From NCBI GenBank assembly GCA_045601385.1, contig JAZRZM010000016.1:9962-73961 (forward strand): a stretch of 64,000 nucleotides of DNA, read 5' to 3'. The notes beneath the pieces were generated by a model, which worked only from the letters and a program-made list of their open reading frames with translations, was not told where the DNA came from and did no database searches. A program made the position numbers and the translations under genes. Below, piece after piece: positions 29,531-38,031 of the stretch; the stretch's first letter is position 1; each line of letters opens with the position of its first letter. Source of the stretch: Clostridia bacterium (lineage in GTDB: Bacteria > Bacillota > Clostridia > Christensenellales > DTU072).

Positions 29531-32500
29531 TTATTTGCTCTTATATACGGGTATAATCGAGAAATGCAGGCTGTACTGCTTGGGCGGATACATGTATTGT
29601 CCGAGAGGATAGCCTTGATTACTCGTGCCGATACCGCTGACAAAAGCGTCTATGTCGAGATATACGCCGCTCTGCTTTTTATCGCAACGCTCGCGCACGC
29701 ACGTCTCGATTTCTTTATCGGACAAGGGACTGACGCGCAAGCAGAACGGATCCTGCTTTGCCGCGCAGACGATTCCGTCCCCTTCTCCGTCCAGAGCGAT
29801 GACGTAATGGACGCCCTGTCTGTTGCCGCATTCCTGCTTCAACGTAACGGAATCGAACACTTTATCCACGTTGAGTCCGAATTGACCGATACGGGTGTGA
29901 TTATTCATATCGACGTAGTTGTCGATGTCTCCGTACCCGTAGTAGGTGACGTTGCCGAAAGAATTATGCAAACGGAGACGCTTCCCGAAGCAGTCGAGCA
30001 TAGGCAGATTACGCCGCATCGGATTGATGACGCTGAAAACTTCGATTTCGCCGTTTGCGGCAATCAGATATTTATCCTGCACGACATAACTTTCTTTATT
30101 CTGCCAATAAATGGTATTTTCGATCAGGACGCTGATTTTGTCATCCTCTTTTTCCCACGAAAAGTCGCGGATTTCCGTCGTGAACGGATCGCCGCCGCGC
30201 AAAATATTGCGCATAAACGGACGATATATTTCGGTACGGAAAGCGTTAAATCCTTTCGCAAGGCTGTCCGCTTTCAGTATTTCTTTACCCATGACGACGT
30301 ATCTTGTCAGACTGCCGATACGCTTATCGAACCGCATCGTGCCGCCGTCGAACGCGATATCGAGGTAGTCGGGCATATCGTTGGTACGAATAAACGCCCC
30401 TCTCGGTTCGGTCTGGTTGATCGTCTGTAACTGCTCCGAAAGACGGATTTGTTCGACGTACAGTATCCGCTTTGTCTTTCTGTCGCAGACTTCCGCGTTG
30501 ATAAACATATCGCCCGACGGATGATCGACGAAAATGTCGAAATCGCGGTCGCTCATCGGCGGAATAACCGTCGTCAGTTCGGTGCGGGACAAAATCTTCC
30601 CGTTCCGTTGCAACGCGATAAAGATCGCATAATCGGACGTATTGATATAACTGTGTTTATTGGTGATGCGGAGCCGTTTGCTTTCGACAAGGTCGGCGCG
30701 GATGGGGCGATAGCAATACATGACGCTTTCGGCTCCGGCACAGGCGGTACGCGCCTTGGAGAACAAACCGTTGTCGTTTATCAGCATGTCGTTTGTCGCT
30801 TCGTCGACAAACTGTTCGATACATCCGCCCATACAGCACGCGCTCTCGGCAATAAGGCTGTCATACTGCGGAATATCCGTGTTGCCGACGCCCGCCTGCG
30901 TGCCGAACTCCGTCATGAAGACGGGCTTTTTGTTCATATTTTCGTTAATTGCGTCCAAAAGGTCCTTTATGCTCGGTTTGCGAAGCAGTACGACGTCTTG
31001 ATTATCGCCGAAAGACGCAACGTAAGATACCGTCTTTTGACGGCACTCTTTAACGACTTGCCCGATAAACTCGTTCTTTCCGACGTCGACGACGTACATA
31101 AGAATATTATGAAACGCTTTCGTTCTCTCGACGGTGCCGTCAATAATCGCGCGGACGCGTTCTTGCATGTCCGGATCGGCAAGCAATGCGTTTTCTCCCC
31201 TTTCGTCCGCTTTCCGATAGCAGGAAAAATCGAGCGGAATACGGTAGATGACATATAAGCCTTTTTCCGCGCAGATACGAAGAAATTCGCACGAAGGTTC
31301 AAACGTCGGATAAATCGCGTTAAAGCCGTAGCGTTTGATTAAGTCAACGTCGTTTTTCCGTTCTTCCCGTCCCATCAGACCGCCGTACGCGTTGTAGACG
31401 GGATTATAGACGACGCCGCGGACTTTCACCGGAATATCGTTCAGGCACAAAGCGCCGCTTTCCGTTCTTGTCGAACGGATATCCAATTTCAGATCGGTAC
31501 ATTCGATGACAAAACCGCCGCGATCGAAAACCTTGACAAGCACGTCGTACATGACGGGATTTTCGGTGCTGCTCGCCTCGAATTTTCCCGAAAAGTGGAA
31601 ATCCACGTTCTTCGCGCCTTTTTTCAGATCTTCGTAGTACTTCCGACCGTTTTGTTTCAAAGCGATATGGACGTTTTCCGGGCTTTCTTCAAATTGCAGA
31701 TTCAGATTGACATAGTAGCGGTCTTCGGCTTTGTCCACGGTATAAGAATAGTCGTAGAGGCACTCTTTTCTGCGCTTGATAAAATCGATTTCGCCCAAAA
31801 GCCCCGTCGCGGCAAAGCCTTTGCCCGACAGCAAAGAGGTTTTCGTCCATTTTTGCAGCAGCAAGACGATTTCGTTTTCGCCAACGACGACATAGTCGGT
31901 CAGATCGAATTGTGCCGACGGGCAGGACGAACCGCCCACATAGTTGCCGTTGACATAGACTGTCAAACCGCCCGAAACGCCCTCCAAAGAAAGAACGTAA
32001 CGGTAAGTAAGATCGACCACGTTGACGACCTTGCGATAGACGCCGAACGTATTTTTTGCGTCGGGCGCGAGGCGGAAAGTCTTTTTGTCAAACGCAAACG
32101 GATATTTATCGTGATAAGCGAGCGTTTCGTACCCCTTTTCTTCCCAAGAAGAGGGCAAATCGATCGTATCCCATTCTCTGTCCATAGGCACGAAAGACGA
32201 GGGCAAAGTCTCGCCCAGATAAGCAAACTGCCATTGTCCGGCGAGGCAAGAAACGCGGTCGCTGTGTTTTCTCTGTTCGCTGTACGACGGACTCGATTCG
32301 CTCACCGCTTCGGACGTGCACGGCACAAAGTACGAGCGCGCGGGCATCACGTTTTCTTCCGCGACGTCTTCGCCGAGCGCACGCAAATCGTAAGAATACC
32401 GTCCGCACCGCAAATAACTCGCGTCGTCATTCGGTTTTCTGCCGTACAGAACGGGCAGGTTTTCCACCGTCAGAAGACGTTTTTCTTCATCGCGGTAGAT

Positions 32501-34222
32501 TAGTTGCAACACCATATCGGGCGCGATTTTGTCTATCAGAAGTTCGTATACGCTGCTGTTTCTCGCTCCGATAAAGAAATCGATATGCTTGACAAACTGC
32601 GAAGAAGTCCCGAAGACAAGTTGCGCGTCGACGCTCCCCTTTTGGTCGATAAAATAGTCGTCGTTGAAGATTTCGAGACGGCGGTTATCGCGCAAAGAAG
32701 CATGTACGGCGCAAGCCGATCTGCGGATCGCGATCGCCCATTCCGTCCATACGCCGTCCGCCGATAAGTCTTTTTCAAACGAGCCGAGCGTTCCGCCGAC
32801 GACAAGACGGCTATCGAACTGCCCGAGGGCGTCGATGTCGCCGACCATATCGGTATAATAAGTAAACTGCTCGTCCGGTCTGTCGTCTCCGCCGCGGACA
32901 AGCGTGATATATTCGTCGTATCCGAGCACTCTTTTTCTCGTCCGTGCGCATACGTCGTCGATAGCGTCCGCCGCACGGGAATAATTGACCGCAAGATACC
33001 ACAAAAGGGAACAAACGGGCGACGTCTTATCCACCAGGCAAGCGTACGTCCACTTAAAGTATTTGTTTACGCCGTCAAGCGACACGGTCTCCTGCGCAAA
33101 ACTCTTTTTCGACGCGTCCAGTTTTTGTATGACGAAAAACCCGCCGAAAAGACACTCGTACAGAAAGTCCTTGGTCGGATTGTCCACGACAAGCGTGTTC
33201 AGGCGCAGATATTTCATTTTCGCAAAATCGGCTTTTACGTCTTCGGACGCGGCAAAATCGTATTCCGCCGCGCGCACGGTAAACGGACGCCCCGACAAAA
33301 GAAGTCCTTTCGGATCGAGCGTCAAATCGCAAAAAGCGACGGGGAAACGCACGCATTCGACTTCTTTTCCGTTTATTCTCACGCGCACAAAAAGGTCGTA
33401 AACGTACGGCTTTTCGGGCGTATATTCCTTAAAGGCGTCCCGAATCAGAACGGAAGCGGCTTTGCGCCCGGAAAGTTTTGCCGTGGAAATGACTTCGCCC
33501 CGATCGGACAAAAGCACTTCGATATCGAAATCGCTTTCTTCCGAAAAGACAAGGTCGAGACTGCCTTCGAAAAGCGAACCGCATTTTTTCGACGCGAAAG
33601 AATAGTTTTTCAGATACGCTTTCGGGCGGACGTACAGGCACACGTCGCCGATAATACCGTACCCTGCCGGCATCAATTCGGCCGCCACGAGTCCTTCGGC
33701 AGGCAAAAGAGCGACGACCACTTCGTTCTCGCCCTCCGCAAGATACCGGGTAATATCGAAATCACCCGAACCGAAACAGGAATAACCGCACGAAACGCCG
33801 TTTATCAGCACTTCAAAAATGCCGCCCACTTTGCCAAAATGCAAGAAAAATCTTTTGCTTACGTCCCGCACGATAATCTGCGTGCGATAAACCGCCTGCA
33901 CCAAAGTCAGCACGTCGCCGTTTTTGCGCGTAACCGTCTTGTGCGATAACCCGTACCCCTGTTCGTCCAGATAGCCGGGAACCGTTATTTTTTTCCAATT
34001 CGCTTTTTCGGAAGCGAGCGACAAAAGGCCGCCCTCCACAAAGCAAAAATCCCACTCTCCCTTCATATCGAAGACGCGGTCGGACGAAGCGTATTCACGG
34101 TCGTACGCCACGCCGTCTATAACCGACTTTGCGGAAAACGGAACAAAATCGGGCAACGCAACCAGTCCTTTGCTCCAACCGTTTTCGCCGTTTTGTTTTA
34201 TTTGAGAAAAAGTATATAACAT
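29531..34222 (-). CDS. very large GH2 (beta-galactosidase-like) protein with two tandem, divergent GH2 modules
   Basis: Sugar-binding/Ig/TIM pattern twice (KGEWDF..WKKITVPG / AGQWQF..WDTIDLPSSWE; PEKPYVYD / TENPVMYD); C-term LacZ small-chain motifs (YYGYG..NY.D, KQECGNR). Confidence 0.8.
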   Translation of the reverse strand: MLYTFSQIKQNGENGWSKGLVALPDFVPFSAKSVIDGVAYDREYASSDRVFDMKGEWDFCFVEGGLLSLASEKANWKKITVPGYLDEQGYGLSHKTVTRKNGDVLTLVQAVYRTQIIVRDVSKRFFLHFGKVGGIFEVLINGVSCGYSCFGSGDFDITRYLAEGENEVVVALLPAEGLVAAELMPAGYGIIGDVCLYVRPKAYLKNYSFASKKCGSLFEGSLDLVFSEESDFDIEVLLSDRGEVISTAKLSGRKAASVLIRDAFKEYTPEKPYVYDLFVRVRINGKEVECVRFPVAFCDLTLDPKGLLLSGRPFTVRAAEYDFAASEDVKADFAKMKYLRLNTLVVDNPTKDFLYECLFGGFFVIQKLDASKKSFAQETVSLDGVNKYFKWTYACLVDKTSPVCSLLWYLAVNYSRAADAIDDVCARTRKRVLGYDEYITLVRGGDDRPDEQFTYYTDMVGDIDALGQFDSRLVVGGTLGSFEKDLSADGVWTEWAIAIRRSACAVHASLRDNRRLEIFNDDYFIDQKGSVDAQLVFGTSSQFVKHIDFFIGARNSSVYELLIDKIAPDMVLQLIYRDEEKRLLTVENLPVLYGRKPNDDASYLRCGRYSYDLRALGEDVAEENVMPARSYFVPCTSEAVSESSPSYSEQRKHSDRVSCLAGQWQFAYLGETLPSSFVPMDREWDTIDLPSSWEEKGYETLAYHDKYPFAFDKKTFRLAPDAKNTFGVYRKVVNVVDLTYRYVLSLEGVSGGLTVYVNGNYVGGSSCPSAQFDLTDYVVVGENEIVLLLQKWTKTSLLSGKGFAATGLLGEIDFIKRRKECLYDYSYTVDKAEDRYYVNLNLQFEESPENVHIALKQNGRKYYEDLKKGAKNVDFHFSGKFEASSTENPVMYDVLVKVFDRGGFVIECTDLKLDIRSTRTESGALCLNDIPVKVRGVVYNPVYNAYGGLMGREERKNDVDLIKRYGFNAIYPTFEPSCEFLRICAEKGLYVIYRIPLDFSCYRKADERGENALLADPDMQERVRAIIDGTVERTKAFHNILMYVVDVGKNEFIGQVVKECRQKTVSYVASFGDNQDVVLLRKPSIKDLLDAINENMNKKPVFMTEFGTQAGVGNTDIPQYDSLIAESACCMGGCIEQFVDEATNDMLINDNGLFSKARTACAGAESVMYCYRPIRADLVESKRLRITNKHSYINTSDYAIFIALQRNGKILSRTELTTVIPPMSDRDFDIFVDHPSGDMFINAEVCDRKTKRILYVEQIRLSEQLQTINQTEPRGAFIRTNDMPDYLDIAFDGGTMRFDKRIGSLTRYVVMGKEILKADSLAKGFNAFRTEIYRPFMRNILRGGDPFTTEIRDFSWEKEDDKISVLIENTIYWQNKESYVVQDKYLIAANGEIEVFSVINPMRRNLPMLDCFGKRLRLHNSFGNVTYYGYGDIDNYVDMNNHTRIGQFGLNVDKVFDSVTLKQECGNRQGVHYVIALDGEGDGIVCAAKQDPFCLRVSPLSDKEIETCVRERCDKKQSGVYLDIDAFVSGIGTSNQGYPLGQYMYPPKQYSLHFSIIPVYKSK

Positions 34223-34304
34223 GGAAAAAAATCCCCTTTGGTATATTATTTATAATAGTATATCAAATACCTAAAAATATTGCAATACGGTTCGACAAAA
34301 AAAA

Positions 34305-34931
34305 TCACAATTTCAAAAGTTTTTTCATCGGCACGACAAGCACGGCGCACACAGCCGCGTTGATCGCCCAAAAAAGCGTCTGCCAAGGAATGCGAAACGC
34401 GTAATACAACCCGAAAGACGTGTACTTTTTACTCTTGCCGACGATGTAATAAAAGTACATGATGACAGTGTTCAGATTGGTGCAAACGATCCAGACAAGC
34501 ACGAACGATAATACCGTAACCAACGGGAAAAAAGCGATATAACGCTTCTTTTTGGCAAAAAATTTCTTATAAACGGCAAAAACAACGCCCGGAATCAAGC
34601 CGAGCAAACCGCTCGTGACCGTCAAAAACGGGTTGAACGCGCCGCCCGACGGGTTAATAACCCACCCGAGAAGATCACCCAGCGCCCCGGTCAGAAATCC
34701 GATAAACGGGCCGAAAAAAGCCCCGGCGATGAAGTCCACCGTGTAAGCAAAAGACAGCGCGTTGCTGCCGGCCGCGTTCAGATAGACGGTATACGTGTTT
34801 GCGATAACGCCGAGCGCGACAAGCACCGCACAATAGCATATCGACTTGATCGAAATATGTTTTACTTTCTTTTCGGTAGCCGTAGATACATTATTTGCGC
34901 CATTCTCATTGTTTTGGCGACCTTTTTTCAT
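34305..34931 (-). CDS. folT: folate ECF transporter S component
   Basis: GAFFGPFIG...G.LGDLLG..I.P.GGAFNP.LT; THF riboswitch upstream. Confidence 0.85.
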   Translation of the reverse strand: MKKGRQNNENGANNVSTATEKKVKHISIKSICYCAVLVALGVIANTYTVYLNAAGSNALSFAYTVDFIAGAFFGPFIGFLTGALGDLLGWVINPSGGAFNPFLTVTSGLLGLIPGVVFAVYKKFFAKKKRYIAFFPLVTVLSFVLVWIVCTNLNTVIMYFYYIVGKSKKYTSFGLYYAFRIPWQTLFWAINAAVCAVLVVPMKKLLKL

Positions 34932-34994
34932 AAAAAAACCTCCCTTTTGCAGTCGGAGGTCCAAGCGAATAAAGACGATATTTATTATATTGTT

Positions 34995-35097
34995 CGCAAC
35001 GGACGCGGCAAGGCACCGCAACTGATTCGAAAAACGTTTTCGTTTGCGGACGACATCCCATTCCGCAACACTTAACGCGCCTTACCTACTCTGCTCT
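34995..35097 (-). promoter_or_regulatory. THF riboswitch
   Basis: Minus strand GCAGAGTAGG...GCGTTAAGTG...GGGATGT...ACGAA...GCGG...CCGCGTCCGTTGC upstream of folT; downstream ACCTCC can pair with the GGAGGT RBS. Confidence 0.85.
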
Positions 35098-35150
35098 TTT
35101 AATATAACATTTTTTATCCCCGTCGGTCAAGCAAAATCGTCCGATGATTT

Positions 35151-35179
35151 TCATAAATCGGCTCTTTTCGGCATATAAT
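35151..35179 (+). promoter_or_regulatory. possible sigma-E (mother-cell) promoter
   Basis: TCATAAA-14 bp-CATATAAT before the spoVB-like gene. Confidence 0.4.
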
Positions 35180-35187
35180 CGGACGAT

Positions 35188-36729
35188 ATGACAAAAAAAT
35201 TCAAATCGGGCGGCGCCGTCGCTACCGTGACGCTACTGGGCGGATTCACACGGCTGATCGGGTTTCTTTTCAAAATATATCTTTCGCGCACACTCGGCGC
35301 GGAATCGATCGGCGTTTTTCAGATCGCGCTCTCCGTCTTCTTCCTCTTTAATTCGATCGCCTGTTCGGGCATACCGCTTGCCCTGAATCGCAGAATCGCC
35401 GAAAACGACGCAAAATTCGGCGGAAAAGACAATTTCCGCTATTTTACAACGGCTTTATTTACGTCAACGGCAGTCGCCACCGTCCTTTGCGGTTTGATTA
35501 TGATTTTCGGCGAAAAGTTATCCTTTTTATTCTCCGATCGGGCGGCATGTCCCGTCTTCCTCATTTGCGCGCCCGCCCTTGTTTCTTCGGCGATATACTG
35601 CGTTATTCGCGGATACCTGTGGGGGAAAAAGAAATTCACGCTGTTTTCGCTGACCGAGACAAGCGAGGAGACCTTACGCATTATTTTCAGTTTTTTATTT
35701 ATTCTCGGCGTCTTCGGCACTTTTTCGGGCACAACGTCTCTTGCGCTCGCCTTTGTCATCAGCGACGTCCTTGCGACCGTCGTTATTGCCGCGATCTTCT
35801 TTTCAAAAGAAGGAAAACTGCAAAAGCCTCTTCCCGTCCGCACGATTATCAAGCCGGCTCTTCCGATCACGGCGATGCATTTATGCAGCAGTTTGTTTTC
35901 CACCCTGCTCGCTCTCCTGCTCCCCCTGCGCCTTATCAAGTTCGGTTTGTCAAACGCCGAAGCGACGGCGTACTTCGGGCGTATATGTGGCATGGCAAAC
36001 CCGCTTTTGTTCGCACCCGGCACCATAACAGGCAGTATCGCCGTCGTCATGATGCCCGATATCAGCGCGCTCGCCGTCAAAAAAGACTACCGCGCCCTGA
36101 ACAAACGCCTCTCTTCGGGGCTCAACTTTTCTCTGCTGATAGCAGGGCTCTTTACCGCTCTGTACCTGTCTTGCGGCGTACAACTGACCGAACTTATTTA
36201 CGGCGATACCGAAAGCGGAAAATACCTTGTCGCCGCCGCCGTATCGATTATTCCCATGACTTTATCCCAAATGTCCCAAAGCGTACTGAATTCTATCGGA
36301 AAGGAAAAAAACGCCTTCTTAAACTACCTTATCGGCAATATTATACTTTTATTGTTCGTCCTGCTTTTTACCCCGAAAATAGGCGTTTACAGCGTCGCCG
36401 TCGCCTCGATCTGCGGCAACGCCTTTATCGCGTTTACCAACACTCTCGTTTTGCGAAAAATGACCGGCTTCGGCAACAGCACCGCTCGTTTCTTTACTTT
36501 TTCTCTTACTTTCAGCGCCCTGTGCGGCTTGTCTTCTCATAGTTTTTTACCCTATTTTTCTGCTCTCGGCACTCTTTCGTCCGTTCCCGTCCTTATCATA
36601 ACCGCCGCCCTCTACACCGCCTGCGCCCTCTCTTTGAGCATGGTCGATTTCAGCCTGCTCCTGCCCAAACTCAACCTGCCGAAACGCTTCGCCAAAATGT
36701 CCCACAAAAAGAAAAATTGTTTAACGTGA
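35188..36729 (+). CDS. SpoVB/MurJ-like MOP-family flippase
   Basis: TRLIGFLFKIYLSR.LGAE.IG.FQ, SGIP.A; 12-14 hydrophobic segments. Confidence 0.85.
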   Translation: MTKKFKSGGAVATVTLLGGFTRLIGFLFKIYLSRTLGAESIGVFQIALSVFFLFNSIACSGIPLALNRRIAENDAKFGGKDNFRYFTTALFTSTAVATVLCGLIMIFGEKLSFLFSDRAACPVFLICAPALVSSAIYCVIRGYLWGKKKFTLFSLTETSEETLRIIFSFLFILGVFGTFSGTTSLALAFVISDVLATVVIAAIFFSKEGKLQKPLPVRTIIKPALPITAMHLCSSLFSTLLALLLPLRLIKFGLSNAEATAYFGRICGMANPLLFAPGTITGSIAVVMMPDISALAVKKDYRALNKRLSSGLNFSLLIAGLFTALYLSCGVQLTELIYGDTESGKYLVAAAVSIIPMTLSQMSQSVLNSIGKEKNAFLNYLIGNIILLLFVLLFTPKIGVYSVAVASICGNAFIAFTNTLVLRKMTGFGNSTARFFTFSLTFSALCGLSSHSFLPYFSALGTLSSVPVLIITAALYTACALSLSMVDFSLLLPKLNLPKRFAKMSHKKKNCLT

Positions 36730-36740
36730 AACGCTCTATT

Positions 36741-36990
36741 GTCCCAAAAAATGCGGTGCATTTTTCATTTGCACCCTTTTTCAAAAGGGGGCTTGATTTT
36801 TCGGAGTAAGCGACGAAAAATGGGGGTTTTTAACGAGAAAGAAGTCCGTTTTATGCTACGGATAAATATACCGTTTGTAACGGCTTCGTTCCTTGGAAAA
36901 ACCCTCTCCCTCGCTCCGCTCCGGACACTCTCCCTTTTGACAAAGGGCGCAAATCTATCCCAAAAAATGCACACATTTTTCGGGGACCCC
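36741..36990. mobile_element. MITE/REP-like palindromic element
   Basis: 24-bp inverted repeat 36767-36790 / 36931-36954 (3 mismatches), flanked by two CCCAAAAAATGC..CATTTTT palindromes; no ORF. Confidence 0.55.
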
Positions 36991-37039
36991 GTGTAAGTTG
37001 GTAAGGACGTGCCCGGAGTTCTGCACCTTATTATGTCAT

Positions 37040-37074
37040 AAAAAAAAGACGAAACTGCTGTTCGTCTTTTTTTT
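37040..37074 (-). terminator. tRNA-Thr terminator
   Basis: AAAAAAAAGACGAA-loop-TTCGTCTTTTTTTT. Confidence 0.8.
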
Positions 37075-37075
37075 A

Positions 37076-37151
37076 TGGAGCTGATAGGCAGATTTGAACT
37101 GCCGACCCCGTCCTTACCAAGGACGTGCTCTACCGACTGAGCCATATCAGC
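37076..37151 (-). tRNA. tRNA-Thr(GGT)
   Basis: GCTGATATGGCTCAGTCGGTAGAGC..CGTCC-TTGGTAA-GGACG..GTTCAAATC..TATCAGCTCCA; TTGACA-17-TATAAT promoter at 37209-37181. Confidence 0.97.
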
Positions 37152-37256
37152 AAAGTATACCTTGTCGGAATACATATAGTATTATAGGCATTTATGGGTG
37201 TTTTGTCAATAGATTTTGCACGGTTTATAAAAAGTATTTGCGCCGTACAAAAAAAA

Positions 37257-37331
37257 GTAAATTGCCACAGTAAATTGCCACAGTAAATTCCACCCGTAAA
37301 GTCCACTGTGGAAGTTACTTTGTCAATTTAC
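37257..37331. repeat. 13-bp repeat array (4 direct, 2 inverted copies)
   Basis: GTAAATTGCCACA x2, GTAAATTCCACCC, GTAAAGTCCACT, then inverted GTAACTTCCACAG and GTAAATTGACAAA. Confidence 0.75.
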
Positions 37332-37454
37332 TTATCAGAAGCCAAAACCGCTGAAAAGAAAAATCATTTTTCCTCTTGTTTTTTTTATATACATATATTA
37401 TAATATTTTATATGGGTAATTATGTGTAGCATTATGCCCAAAAGAAGGTAATAT

Positions 37455-38018
37455 ATGGATATAAAACTAATAGCCGAAAGAATCAGGTGTATTCGAGAAG
37501 ACCTCGGGATTACCGTTGAAGAAATGGCTGCTCTTTGCGAAATGTCCGTGGAACGGTATACGGAAATGGAGGAAGGTCAAGTGGATTTTCCGTTCAGTTT
37601 TTTGAACCGTTGCGCCAACCGTTTCGGCGTGGATATTTCCGCTTTGATGACAGGGAGCGTTTTACCGTGCCTGAGGACGTATGCCGTTGAAAGAAAAGGA
37701 AAAGGTTTGACGGTGGACCGTCGCCCGGAATTTAATTATATTCATTTGGCAAGTCGTTTTTATAATCATAAAATCGATCCTTTGTACGTAACTGTACCGT
37801 ATACGGGCAATACCGATTCCGAAAAGATCGATACCAATACGCACGATGGACAGGAATTCGATTACGTGCTTAAAGGTACGTTGAAGTATGTTGTCGGAGA
37901 CAAGACCGAAGTTTTGTCGGAAGGCGACAGTATTATGTTGGACTCATCCATACCGCATGGTATGGCGGCGATGAGCGAGGGCGGAGCGACCTTCCTTGCT
38001 ATCGTAATCAGAAAATAA
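37455..38018 (+). CDS. XRE-HTH + cupin transcriptional regulator
   Basis: N-terminal HTH; HDGQEFDYVLKG...L.EGDSI.LDS..PHG cupin. Confidence 0.9.
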   Translation: MDIKLIAERIRCIREDLGITVEEMAALCEMSVERYTEMEEGQVDFPFSFLNRCANRFGVDISALMTGSVLPCLRTYAVERKGKGLTVDRRPEFNYIHLASRFYNHKIDPLYVTVPYTGNTDSEKIDTNTHDGQEFDYVLKGTLKYVVGDKTEVLSEGDSIMLDSSIPHGMAAMSEGGATFLAIVIRK

Positions 38019-38031
38019 ACGGGGCTGAAGT

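Noticed and set aside
36765-37175. 136-aa ORF across tRNA-Thr and the palindromic element
   Set aside because: Spurious translation of tRNA and repeat sequence.
37257-37331. CRISPR array
   Set aside because: 13-bp units with no spacers and no cas genes in the window.
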